Source: a virus
Lineage: Duplodnaviria > Caudoviricetes
Length of the DNA stretch: 34,026 bases
Reading direction: 5' to 3' (one strand)
IMG/VR virus record: IMGVR_UViG_3300027212_000019
Coordinates: 1-34,026 of that record
Part shown: one piece after another, positions 18,468 through 26,796 of the stretch
Position numbering within the stretch: the first letter of the stretch is position 1
Layout: the number at the start of each line of letters is the position of its first letter
Translations under genes and position numbers: made by a program
Notes under the pieces: generated by a model
The model's database searches: none
Seen by the model: only the letters and a program-made list of their open reading frames with translations
What the model was told of the DNA's origin: nothing

Positions 18468-19949
18468 TCAGGGGTGCTTGTGGAATGGGGGACCACCTAA
18501 CCTTGCATAAAGTCCCATCACATCTGGTGGGTATGTCTTGCCAGAAAGGACACCACCAAAAACCTCTGCAACAAATTCTTTTGGGTTTGTTTGTGCATAC
18601 CTTGACACCTTTGATGTGATCTCTGTGTTTTTGTTACCAAATGACCATGTGCTGTTGGCATCATAACTGTTGGGGGATGCTTTCTGGTGTTCCAAATGCC
18701 CTACCTCATGGATGATTGGGTTGAATTGTGACCAGTAACCAATCTCCACTTGTTTCTCTAAAAGTTCCCTGTTGACAGGTCTAGTGGTCATAGCAATCCC
18801 ATTGTGTGACCCATAGGCAATAGCTTTTGAGTTCTCAAATTTTTTACTGGTGATTGACTTGGGAACATCAAACCCAAATTTTTTGATTGCAACTATGGCA
18901 TCCACTGTCAAGTCCCTCATTGCTTTACTTCTTGGAAGGTTGATGTCAACAACACCCAACTCTCTCAGGATGCCCTCATGGTTTGATTTTGCCTTTTCAA
19001 CCTCAATGTCAAGACCTTTTCTAGTGGTTGCTGGTTGTGTGACTGGTGACACAGGCACTGGTGGCACATACTGCCCACCAATTGCTGCTCTCGCCTGTTT
19101 TAAGGCATCCAGTGTTGGTTTTCCATTTGATCCTATGGCACCGGGTCCAAGACGCGCCACAATCGCCTTCTGAGCCTTTGCACGAATCTCTGGAGTGACA
19201 TCATCCAGTGTGGCATCCACACCATGGTTGAACTGTGACCCAAGACTCACACCATAGCGTGTGACATCTGGCACAGGGATGACTTCACCCTTCTGGACCA
19301 GACCGAGTCTCTCTGCCTCTGCTCTGCTCACCGGCTCTTGCACCATGTAACTGTTGAACCCATACGGACCCCACGGAACATCGAACCCACCAATGTCATT
19401 GCCATTCTGAAATGTCCAGAATGCAAAATCATCCCATCGTCTGACCTCACCCTCTGCTGCCGTGTGTCTTGGTCGCTGGATAATGGCACCGGATCTGCGG
19501 AAGAATCTTGCTGCTGGTTTTCTGTTGAGTGCTTCCGGATCTCGCATTCTTGCTTGCCATGCGGCGAAGGTTGCTGCTTGCTCCAGATTGGTGTTGTAGA
19601 TCAGTTGGAGTCTGGCATTGCTGATGACATTCTTGATTGACTGGTCAGCATAGTCATCCTCTTTTGCCAATCCCTCTTGTATCAAAAACTCTGCCGCACG
19701 TTCTCTAAACTTTGCCAATCCCACTTCTTTGTAGGCAATGCCGCCGGGTGTCTGCTCAGTGGCACCATCTTGCCAATCCAGCAGCATGGATCTCATCTTG
19801 GTGAGAACCTTGGCACTGCTGATGGTGGCACTGAAAAATGACCTGTTGCGGATTGCTGGCTCAACAGTTTTCCACTCTCTTGATCTGAACCAAGAAGGTG
19901 TGATGCCTCTGTTGGTCAGTGCATTGATGATGTCGCTTAAACTAAGCAT
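18468..19949 (-). CDS. MuF (Mu gp30-like) head protein with C-terminal zincin metallopeptidase
   Basis: RLQLIYNTN, RPRH and PWGPYGFN MuF motifs; C-terminal IIHEVGH...SRYAQTNPKEFVAEVF. Confidence 0.85.
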   Translation of the reverse strand: MLSLSDIINALTNRGITPSWFRSREWKTVEPAIRNRSFFSATISSAKVLTKMRSMLLDWQDGATEQTPGGIAYKEVGLAKFRERAAEFLIQEGLAKEDDYADQSIKNVISNARLQLIYNTNLEQAATFAAWQARMRDPEALNRKPAARFFRRSGAIIQRPRHTAAEGEVRRWDDFAFWTFQNGNDIGGFDVPWGPYGFNSYMVQEPVSRAEAERLGLVQKGEVIPVPDVTRYGVSLGSQFNHGVDATLDDVTPEIRAKAQKAIVARLGPGAIGSNGKPTLDALKQARAAIGGQYVPPVPVSPVTQPATTRKGLDIEVEKAKSNHEGILRELGVVDINLPRSKAMRDLTVDAIVAIKKFGFDVPKSITSKKFENSKAIAYGSHNGIAMTTRPVNRELLEKQVEIGYWSQFNPIIHEVGHLEHQKASPNSYDANSTWSFGNKNTEITSKVSRYAQTNPKEFVAEVFGGVLSGKTYPPDVMGLYARLGGPPFHKHP

Positions 19950-20182
19950 TTTTGTGCCTCCTTGCCAAGTGGTGTAAGAATGTATCGTGCCGGTGCTGTG
20001 GTTCTATCAGCCACCACAAAACCTTTCAGAGATAGGACATAGAGTGAGTTGGTCACATTGACTCTGGTGTCCTTCATATCTTGAGCAATTGCCCTTGCAG
20101 AGATCCCACTGACCCTTGCCAGCACTCTTGCTTCTTTCATGCCAACCTCAAGTCTGGCAATGTGATCAATGGATCTGTCCAT
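19937..20182 (-). CDS. Winged-helix DNA-binding protein
   Basis: ISARAIAQDM...VTNSLYVLSLKGFV...YILTPLGKE matches the MarR/TrmB-type wHTH pattern. Confidence 0.75.
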   Translation of the reverse strand: MDRSIDHIARLEVGMKEARVLARVSGISARAIAQDMKDTRVNVTNSLYVLSLKGFVVADRTTAPARYILTPLGKEAQKCLV

Positions 20183-20189
20183 GCAAGTG

Positions 20190-20218
20190 GTCTTATCTTA
20201 TTTTTCCACCAATGTCAA
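20190..20218 (-). promoter_or_regulatory. Sigma70-like promoter for the leftward arm
   Basis: TTGACA-17 nt-TAAGAC with upstream A-tract; ATG lies 7 nt after the -10 box. Confidence 0.6.
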
Positions 20219-20432
20219 TTTTTATTTTTGCACCCTGTGTGCCAGTTCTCAACCATTCAACCCAAAATTATTTGAGTCTGGTCACACAGTGGTGCTGAGA
20301 TGAGAGTGAATGAGTTTTGACATTTGTGCAATCATTTTCTGCACTTTTTTGTATGTTGCCACCACCGGATCTGTGCCAGCATCACACCACATTTTTTCTG
20401 TTAGATGGTCAAAAATTAGTTAAGATATCTAA

Positions 20433-20717
20433 AGGGCAGTGGAATTTTCACTGCCCTACCCACTGCCCTTAAAAAAGTCATTGGTATGTATAGCAATTTT
20501 GCCAAATCTAACTAAAAAGGGCAGAGGGCAGCACTTCTGTACCCTTATATAAAGAGACATCATGAAGAACACATGAAAAAACCATATAATATACATTATT
20601 TACCTCTCCACTAATAGAAGTACAAATCGCTGCCCTCTGCCCTAATTCCCCGCAAACCTATATGCACCAATGGCTTTTTGAGGGGCAGAGGGTAGGGCAG
20701 GCATATTTTGCTGCCCT
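20433..20717. repeat. Putative replication origin: AGGGCAG/CTGCCCT iterons in a long imperfect inverted repeat
   Basis: Nine exact heptamers (20433, 20451, 20463, 20518, 20525, 20630, 20637, 20694, 20711) plus variants, around an AT-rich spacer, next to the primase-helicase gene. Confidence 0.7.
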
Positions 20718-20981
20718 AAGAAAAAACCCTTGGCACATATAGGATTCTCTCTTATATGTGCAAAAAAATGCACGAAACCGAATTCATTCAACACAACTTT
20801 TTTGGCTTGCTGTTTATCTGCACAAATCTCTGCAAATAGCATTTTTGCACTCATCTGCACAAATTTCCGCAGATAATCTCATCAAATCATTCTGACCATC
20901 ACCTCAGAATTTGATTCACTAGATCTCAAATCAGTGTTAGAAATGATCTGCCGAGGTGACCAAAATAGGCGAAAAATAGTT

Positions 20982-21010
20982 TTGACAACTCATACACCTC
21001 AGTACATTCT
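20982..21010 (+). promoter_or_regulatory. Sigma70-like promoter for primase-helicase
   Basis: TTGACA-17 nt-CATTCT; spacer contains CATAC-N6-GTACA. Confidence 0.6.
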
Positions 21011-21033
21011 TGCCATCTCAACCACAACCAACC

Positions 21034-23388
21034 ATGAGAAAAATAGAAAATATAACTCTGCCACCGGCAGGAGATGGACACAATGCTGGGCTAGTATCAG
21101 CAGCACGTAGATGCCAGAATGCTGGTGCATCAGCAGAAGAAACACTGGAGCATTTGAGGTCAATTTATGACTCAACCAGACCGGACCACCACACTGCCAC
21201 ACAACGTGTGGTTGACCTTGTTTGGTCCACTGATGTGCCGAGTGATGATGATGACAAGGTGACCATGCCAGAAGCAGATGAGAAGCTGCTGCACCGGCTG
21301 CACTGCACACCACTCAGCACAATCATTGAGGCAACACCACACAAGTGTGGCATCAAGACGAGCAGCATCATCAAGAATCTATTTTTGCAAGATGAGATCA
21401 TCGGGATCCAAGAGGTGAGCAAACAGTCTGGCACCTTGGTGGTGGTCGAGGATCTCGTCAACCTCTACCCACACCCAGCACTTGATGCATTCAAGTTTCT
21501 CAACCCATCCACATTCAAATCAATAGAAGGTGCATGGATCCGCGATCAGAAGAATGGTGGACAGAAACTCAGCACCCGGTGCAATGCCAATGTTGCCAGC
21601 AGACCATACATGCTGCTGGAGATGGACAGCAAAGATGAGAAGGTAGTGCAGCAGTTCAGCACCTTCGCCATGGGGCTGTCAAAGTTCGTGCCACTCAAGA
21701 TGGTGGTGGACACTGGTGGCAAGAGTCTGCACTTCTGGTTTGACGCACGACAAGCATCAATGGCAGAGGTGGATGCCATCTTTACCATTGCCTGTCTCTA
21801 TGGTGCAGACAAACAGATGGCAGTGCGCTCACAGGTGGCAAGAATGCCCAACGTAAGTGCAGCGGATGATGGCAGATCTGCCCAGCGTGTGGTCTATTTT
21901 GACCCGAAGGGTGACAACTACCCAACAACCATTGCCAAGGGCAAGTGGGATGTGGCAGGGTTTGAGGCATCAATCACCACACACAAAGATGTGCTGTATT
22001 ATTATCATGGTGGCAAGTATTACACGGAGTCGATCTCTGGCAAGTGGATCTCACTGAGTGGCAGATCCATGGCTCGTCAACTCATCGATGTTGGCATGAG
22101 AGGCATCAAGATGCAGGGTGAGGGTCAATCACCGGTGGACACCTTCATTGCCGGTGTGGAGATGCACCACCCCATCGATGCGATCATGCAGGGTGCCAGT
22201 GGACGGTGTGCCGGTGTGCATTCAGAGAATGGCTATGACTACCTTGTGATGAGATCCCCAACAGTGATCAAACCGAGGAAGGGTGACTGGGGAACCATCA
22301 AAAAACTACTCACACACATGTTTGACCACTCACCACAACAACTCGATGTGTTCTACGGTTGGACCAGTTCAAGTGCCAAGGCATTTCGCAATGATGGCAA
22401 GCGTCAATCAAAGTTTTCACCCTGCCAATTCTTACACATCATCGGTGAGGTGAACAGTGGCAAGACTCTGCTGCTCGATAACATCTTGCCACACCTTCTT
22501 GGCGGACGTAGCACCAACGCAGACAGTATGTTCAGTGAGTATGGTGCTGCATTCAACTCTGACCTGTTCCAGTGCGAGTTGCTGTTCTTGGATGACACCA
22601 GTGTGTTGCTGCCAGACTTCAAGTCCAGATCCAAACTGGGCGAACAGATCAAGAGTCTGACCGTTGGCACCGGTGGTGACTACCATCAGAAGTTTGCCGA
22701 CAAGATCCCAGTGAAGCCATGGTGGCGTTTTGTGCGACTGATGAACATGGAGAACTCATCGATCAGCACCTTGCCACAGATGAACGAGGGCATCAAGGAC
22801 AAGATCATTTTACTCAAAGCACAGAGCATGGTTGGTGGTCTCATCGACAACACCACAGCCGGGTGGTATGAACCAACCCAGCAAAAGATCCTCAGTGAGT
22901 TGCCAGCATTCTTGCACTTCTTGCTGGAGGAGTTTATCATCCCCGCACACATTGTGGATCCAGCAAAGCGTTTCCCCACTTTGTCCTACCACAACCCATC
23001 AGTCTTGGACCTGATCAATGAGGGCAGCCCAGAGCATTCACTCATTGAGCGCATCGATGGTGCTGCACATGGCAGACTGTTCTGCCAACTCTTCGAGGAG
23101 GACGAGAAGCCCGAAGCATGGACCGGCACAGTGGGTGCCTTGTTCGAGATCCTGAGTGATGTTGGCACACGCAATTCACAAATGCAGTTCAGCAGATTCT
23201 GCCCATCACCAAAGGTGTTGATCTCACAACTCCAGCATCTAACAAAAACACATTCTGACCGTGTGATCTACTCTGGTGATGAGTCATCACAGATCACACC
23301 GAAGAAGAAAAATGGAGCGTTCTATTGGGTGATTATGCCCAAAAAAGGTGAAGAAGTGACAATTGATGACTGCATGGACCCATTCTAG
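21034..23388 (+). CDS. Primase-SF3 helicase
   Basis: LLEMD, VVDTGGKSLHFWF and ARMP primase motifs; GEVNSGKT Walker A, LFLDD Walker B; likely ATG at 21034. Confidence 0.85.
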   Translation: MRKIENITLPPAGDGHNAGLVSAARRCQNAGASAEETLEHLRSIYDSTRPDHHTATQRVVDLVWSTDVPSDDDDKVTMPEADEKLLHRLHCTPLSTIIEATPHKCGIKTSSIIKNLFLQDEIIGIQEVSKQSGTLVVVEDLVNLYPHPALDAFKFLNPSTFKSIEGAWIRDQKNGGQKLSTRCNANVASRPYMLLEMDSKDEKVVQQFSTFAMGLSKFVPLKMVVDTGGKSLHFWFDARQASMAEVDAIFTIACLYGADKQMAVRSQVARMPNVSAADDGRSAQRVVYFDPKGDNYPTTIAKGKWDVAGFEASITTHKDVLYYYHGGKYYTESISGKWISLSGRSMARQLIDVGMRGIKMQGEGQSPVDTFIAGVEMHHPIDAIMQGASGRCAGVHSENGYDYLVMRSPTVIKPRKGDWGTIKKLLTHMFDHSPQQLDVFYGWTSSSAKAFRNDGKRQSKFSPCQFLHIIGEVNSGKTLLLDNILPHLLGGRSTNADSMFSEYGAAFNSDLFQCELLFLDDTSVLLPDFKSRSKLGEQIKSLTVGTGGDYHQKFADKIPVKPWWRFVRLMNMENSSISTLPQMNEGIKDKIILLKAQSMVGGLIDNTTAGWYEPTQQKILSELPAFLHFLLEEFIIPAHIVDPAKRFPTLSYHNPSVLDLINEGSPEHSLIERIDGAAHGRLFCQLFEEDEKPEAWTGTVGALFEILSDVGTRNSQMQFSRFCPSPKVLISQLQHLTKTHSDRVIYSGDESSQITPKKKNGAFYWVIMPKKGEEVTIDDCMDPF

Positions 23389-23433
23389 AATATAGGCTGC
23401 AGAACTATTTTCAACAAATGTGAAAAAATATGC

Positions 23434-23500
23434 AAATAAATCTGGACAGCATACAGAATAGTATGCATATTTCTCCCGCCGCGAGGCACTGAACCAAAAC
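23434..23500 (+). promoter_or_regulatory. Repeated promoter/operator element, copy P1
   Basis: aaataaatcTGGACAgCATACagaataGTATGcatatt...cccgccgcgaggcactgaaccaaaac; near-identical to 26797-26864. Confidence 0.75.
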
Positions 23501-23516
23501 TGAACCAACACACAAT

Positions 23517-23702
23517 ATGAAAATTAAAAATTACGCTGCTGCAGTTTCAAAAATCGAAAAATGCAAAAGCCTCAATGCTTGCGATAAGCTAGAAGAGGCA
23601 TTCGAGTATCAATATGATGAGGACGTTTTTACTACATCGGAGTATCTTACTCTAGATGGACTGCTGAACGAAAAAAGAAACGAAATCGAGGAATTGAACT
23701 AA
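23517..23702 (+). CDS. Small hypothetical early protein
   Basis: 61-aa acidic ORF directly after P1 with A/C-rich leader. Confidence 0.65.
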   Translation: MKIKNYAAAVSKIEKCKSLNACDKLEEAFEYQYDEDVFTTSEYLTLDGLLNEKRNEIEELN

Positions 23703-23738
23703 AACTGAACCAACCAAACAACACTAACTAAACACATT

Positions 23739-23984
23739 ATGCACAACACATTCACACCGACACAAAAAGTTTTAAGCGCACTTGCAATCAGCGAAAAAGA
23801 AGCGTTTTCAAATCCAAAGAAAGTAATTTTTGCAGCAAGTAAAAAGCTACAATCCATGGGCTACGTTCGCAAAATGAATCACATGGCATGGGAGCGCGGA
23901 ATGAGATGGTTTGCACCTAATGCATCCACGCCGATGGAAAATGCAGACACTGCAACAATCCTTGCTTACGCACTCAACAAATAA
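23739..23984 (+). CDS. Small hypothetical protein, possible winged helix
   Basis: QKVLSAL...KKLQSMGYVRK...WF pattern; A/C-rich leader. Confidence 0.6.
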   Translation: MHNTFTPTQKVLSALAISEKEAFSNPKKVIFAASKKLQSMGYVRKMNHMAWERGMRWFAPNASTPMENADTATILAYALNK

Positions 23985-23998
23985 AAAAATTCGTATTT

Positions 23999-24196
23999 AT
24001 GATGGACATAGCGGATCAGCAGATAACTAGCATAAAAGAAAAATACGCAGCAACCATTGCACAAATGATAAACGAATCTTTTACTAGATTTGAAAAAGCC
24101 GAAAAGGATGAAATCAAAATTTGTGAAGATTGCGCTGATACTTATGAGGATTGCGATTGCAGCGAAGATGACGGAACACCAATTAGACACAGCTAA
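23999..24196 (+). CDS. Small acidic protein with CxxC...CxC motif
   Basis: ICEDCADTYEDCDC. Confidence 0.55.
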   Translation: MMDIADQQITSIKEKYAATIAQMINESFTRFEKAEKDEIKICEDCADTYEDCDCSEDDGTPIRHS

Positions 24197-24253
24197 AAAA
24201 ACAGGGGCGCGACTGTAACGCGCTAATTTTAACACATCAACCATACCAAACTT

Positions 24254-24475
24254 ATGAAAATACTATCACCATACAGAAACTACATCGCAATCATCGATAA
24301 TGACGAAGCACACCCAATTGATCTCCGCGCCAGAGATGCTGCTGATGCTAAGAAAAAAGCCAGACGCTACATGAGCGATGTCGTTGGTCACTCTGTCAAA
24401 TATGAGGGTCCTTATAAACTGAACATCAGACTTGCAACACCAGAAGCACCAGACGCACCAGACGCAGAAGATTGA
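24254..24475 (+). CDS. Small hypothetical protein
   Basis: 73 aa; cataccaaac leader; LRARDAADAKKKA motif. Confidence 0.6.
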   Translation: MKILSPYRNYIAIIDNDEAHPIDLRARDAADAKKKARRYMSDVVGHSVKYEGPYKLNIRLATPEAPDAPDAED

Positions 24476-24493
24476 TCTACTCACATACCAGCA

Positions 24494-24530
24494 ATCACCT
24501 CACCCATTGAATTGGGTGGGGTTTTCTGGG
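24494..24530 (+). terminator. Repeated terminator, copy T1
   Basis: atcacctcacccattgaattgggtggggttttctggg hairpin plus T-tract; identical to 27242-27278. Confidence 0.75.
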
Positions 24531-24567
24531 TGTAACATCTAACCATTTACAAACAATACCAATTACT

Positions 24568-24999
24568 ATGAACATAATAATCAGCATACCAGCACTAGAC
24601 AGACTCTGCTCAATACTTGAGAAGGGCATTGACATCAATCAACTAAGCACCACATCGGCACCAGTGGACACACCACCAGCACCAGCACCGAAGGTGAAGA
24701 AGGAGAAGGTCACATTACCGGCTCCAGTGGATCCACCAGCACCGATCACACCGATCATCACACCAGAGATCACTCTGGAGGATGAGGAAGAGGAGACACC
24801 CACAGTGGTGGTCAAAGCACCAACGGTGGAGTCCATCACTGCACTCGCCAAATCGTTCATCGCCTTCAACTCACCGGCTGCACTGCGTGACCTACTCGAC
24901 GATGCTGGCATTGCCGGTCAGAAGATCAGCACCTGTGACAAATCATTCTATCCTGCCATTGAGATGGCACTGACCACTGCACTCGAGATGGTCAAATAA
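24568..24999 (+). CDS. Proline-rich protein of the DUF2800/DUF2815/PolA module
   Basis: Low-complexity middle and helical C-terminus (LLDDAG..KISTC....Y); usual position before DUF2800. Confidence 0.65.
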   Translation: MNIIISIPALDRLCSILEKGIDINQLSTTSAPVDTPPAPAPKVKKEKVTLPAPVDPPAPITPIITPEITLEDEEEETPTVVVKAPTVESITALAKSFIAFNSPAALRDLLDDAGIAGQKISTCDKSFYPAIEMALTTALEMVK

Positions 25000-25006
25000 A
25001 ACAATC

Positions 25007-25077
25007 TGCTGTGGTAACCGGTGGCAAACCTCACTCACGAATGTAGGTCAACAAGTCCGGCAAGTCTTACCACAGCA
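25007..25077 (+). other. Intergenic nested stem-loop (candidate structured RNA)
   Basis: TGCTGTGGTAA/TTACCACAGCA 11-bp stem enclosing CCGG/CCGG and ACCT/AGGT stems. Confidence 0.45.
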
Positions 25078-25102
25078 CCCAATCACTAAACATACCAAAC
25101 AC

Positions 25103-25267
25103 ATGACACAAAAAACAAAGAAACTACTAGGCATCCAACGCCACCCGATCAACAACAACCACCGTCTGCGTCGATATGAGACTAAAGTGCCTGTCATTGG
25201 CATTGTCGCACTATATGCATTTGGAGTCCTCACCGGCATTCTTCTCAACATGATCATCAACCTATGA
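25103..25267 (+). CDS. Small protein with C-terminal transmembrane segment
   Basis: Manual translation MTQKTKKLLG...VIGIVALYAFGVLTGILLNMIINL; conserved leader; ATGA overlap with the next gene. Confidence 0.6.
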   Translation: MTQKTKKLLGIQRHPINNNHRLRRYETKVPVIGIVALYAFGVLTGILLNMIINL

Positions 25268-26496
25268 CACCAGAAAATACACATTATGCATGGGGAGCAA
25301 GTGCTGCAAAACAGTGGAGAGGATGTGCCGGGTCAGTAGCATACATCGCACAGTGCAAGGCAGCAGGGATGATCCCTGCCAAGGTTGACACAGCATACTC
25401 ACTGGAAGGCACTGAGGCACACGATTGGGCAGACCGATGCCTCAAGGGTGACATAGTCCGGTCCGAGATCCCTGAGTCATTTCTGGAGCATCTTGGTGGC
25501 TACATTGATTATGCGGATGAACTGGCAGAACAGATGCACGGTGGTGCCACAGTATTCACTGAGCAGAAGGTGCCTCTCTACTACAACAAGTCTGTGCATG
25601 GCACCATTGACTTTGCTGTGGTGGGTGAGAAGGGAATCAATATCTTGGATCTGAAGTATGGTGTCGGTGAGAAGGTCAGTGCAGAGGGCAATGATCAACT
25701 CGCCATCTATGCCATCTCTCTGGTGGAGTTGCTCCAATCACAAGGTCACAAGTTCACAAAGACCACACCGGTGACCATGGCGATCTACCAGCCGCGCCAC
25801 CACTCGTTTGATGGCACTGCGGAAGTGTGGACCACCACACTTGGTGAATTGATGATGCAGATCGGTGAGCGGATCTTTGAGTCATACCAAGTGAGCAAAG
25901 CAGCAGATGCCACTCAACTCACACCATCTTATGATGCTTGCCGGTTCTGTGATGCTCGCAGGGTCTGTGCCACCAGAGTGGGTGCCATGTTCGATGGTCT
26001 GCCAGACGAGATCAACCCGCTCAAAGGTGAGATTGACAAAGAGCAGATTGCCAAGGTTGAGATCACCGATGCAGTCCGTGTGAGGATTGCAATGAAGTCA
26101 AAGGAGATCAGCAAGTTCTTTGATGAACTCAATGAGAACACACTGGAGTTGATCGAAGCAGGGCAGAGCATCTGTGGTCTCAAGACCATCGACGGTGGCA
26201 AAGGCAACAGACGGTGGAGCAGTGAGTCAGAGGTTGACAAGTTGCTGCGTAAGATCCCAGCAGCAGAAAAGTATGCACCCAAAAAACTGCTATCACCGGC
26301 ACAGATTGAGAAGGTGCTGAAGAAGAATGGCACACCACTGGAGAAGCAACACAAGAGATTTTTGAGCCGGTGGGACCAACTGGTCACACAACCAGAAGGA
26401 TCTCCAAAACTGGTGCTGGAGTCAGATCCAAGACCAGCAAGAGTCACTGCTGCTGGCAACTTTGAGGATGAGATTGCAGAGGAGGATTGTTTATGA
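25264..26496 (+). CDS. DUF2800 Cas4-like PD-(D/E)xK exonuclease
   Basis: WRGC, EGTEAH, GTIDF, ILDLKYG, QLAIYA and CRFC...C motifs. Confidence 0.88.
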   Translation: MTPENTHYAWGASAAKQWRGCAGSVAYIAQCKAAGMIPAKVDTAYSLEGTEAHDWADRCLKGDIVRSEIPESFLEHLGGYIDYADELAEQMHGGATVFTEQKVPLYYNKSVHGTIDFAVVGEKGINILDLKYGVGEKVSAEGNDQLAIYAISLVELLQSQGHKFTKTTPVTMAIYQPRHHSFDGTAEVWTTTLGELMMQIGERIFESYQVSKAADATQLTPSYDACRFCDARRVCATRVGAMFDGLPDEINPLKGEIDKEQIAKVEITDAVRVRIAMKSKEISKFFDELNENTLELIEAGQSICGLKTIDGGKGNRRWSSESEVDKLLRKIPAAEKYAPKKLLSPAQIEKVLKKNGTPLEKQHKRFLSRWDQLVTQPEGSPKLVLESDPRPARVTAAGNFEDEIAEEDCL

Positions 26497-26512
26497 ACAC
26501 ACCGACACCAAC

Positions 26513-26761
26513 ATGAGCGCGAAAAAAACCACGAAGAAGAAATCCTCTCATGCCGCGCATTGCTCGCGTTTCTTCATAGCTCAACCCGGCTACATGCTGA
26601 AAAATCTAGCCCCGCTGCAAAAGTGGCATGAATGGGAAGTGGGCGACCATCGAGGGCAAGATCGAATCTGCCTGACCTCATGCAAACGCAAAGCAGAACT
26701 GATCCGTGACGCACTAGAATCCTTCCACGCGAATAGCAAAGATCGCTCACCGAAAGGTTGA
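26513..26761 (+). CDS. Hypothetical protein carried on an attC-like cassette
   Basis: MSAKKTT... 82 aa; both ends overlap attC-like sequences; CpG-rich relative to flanks. Confidence 0.55.
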   Translation: MSAKKTTKKKSSHAAHCSRFFIAQPGYMLKNLAPLQKWHEWEVGDHRGQDRICLTSCKRKAELIRDALESFHANSKDRSPKG

Positions 26762-26780
26762 GCGCATCGAAATGTTCTGC
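26728..26780. other. attC-like recombination hairpin (inverted relative to the gene)
   Basis: CGCGAAT-6nt-GATCGCTCA-CC-GAAA-GG-(T)-TGAGCG-(C)-ATC-5nt-GTTCTGC, with two extrahelical bases. Confidence 0.55.
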
Positions 26781-26796
26781 TGTAAAAAATAATTGA

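Noticed and set aside
3348-19977. Many plus-strand ORFs antisense to structural genes, and minus-strand ORFs over the replication arm
   Set aside because: Shadow ORFs of well-supported genes; composition is not protein-like.
20642-20860. 72-aa ORF in the intergenic region
   Set aside because: It overlaps the iteron array, has no recognisable motif and is probably non-coding.
23399-23405. GCAGAAC as the partner box of GTTCTGC at 26774
   Set aside because: It is upstream rather than downstream, and no attC-like hairpin follows.
25021-25060. c-di-GMP-I riboswitch (GGCAAACC)
   Set aside because: Lacks the GNRA-capped P2 and the GACGCAAAGC junction; kept only as an unnamed stem-loop.
25264-26496. 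Cas4-like gene as evidence of CRISPR-Cas
   Set aside because: It is a stand-alone DUF2800 in its usual PolA/SSB context; no array or other cas genes.
26773-26786. Verrucomicrobial LexA box (TGTTC-N4-GAACA) before P2
   Set aside because: The second half is GTAAA and there is no good match at P1; the sequence is better explained as the attC-like box.
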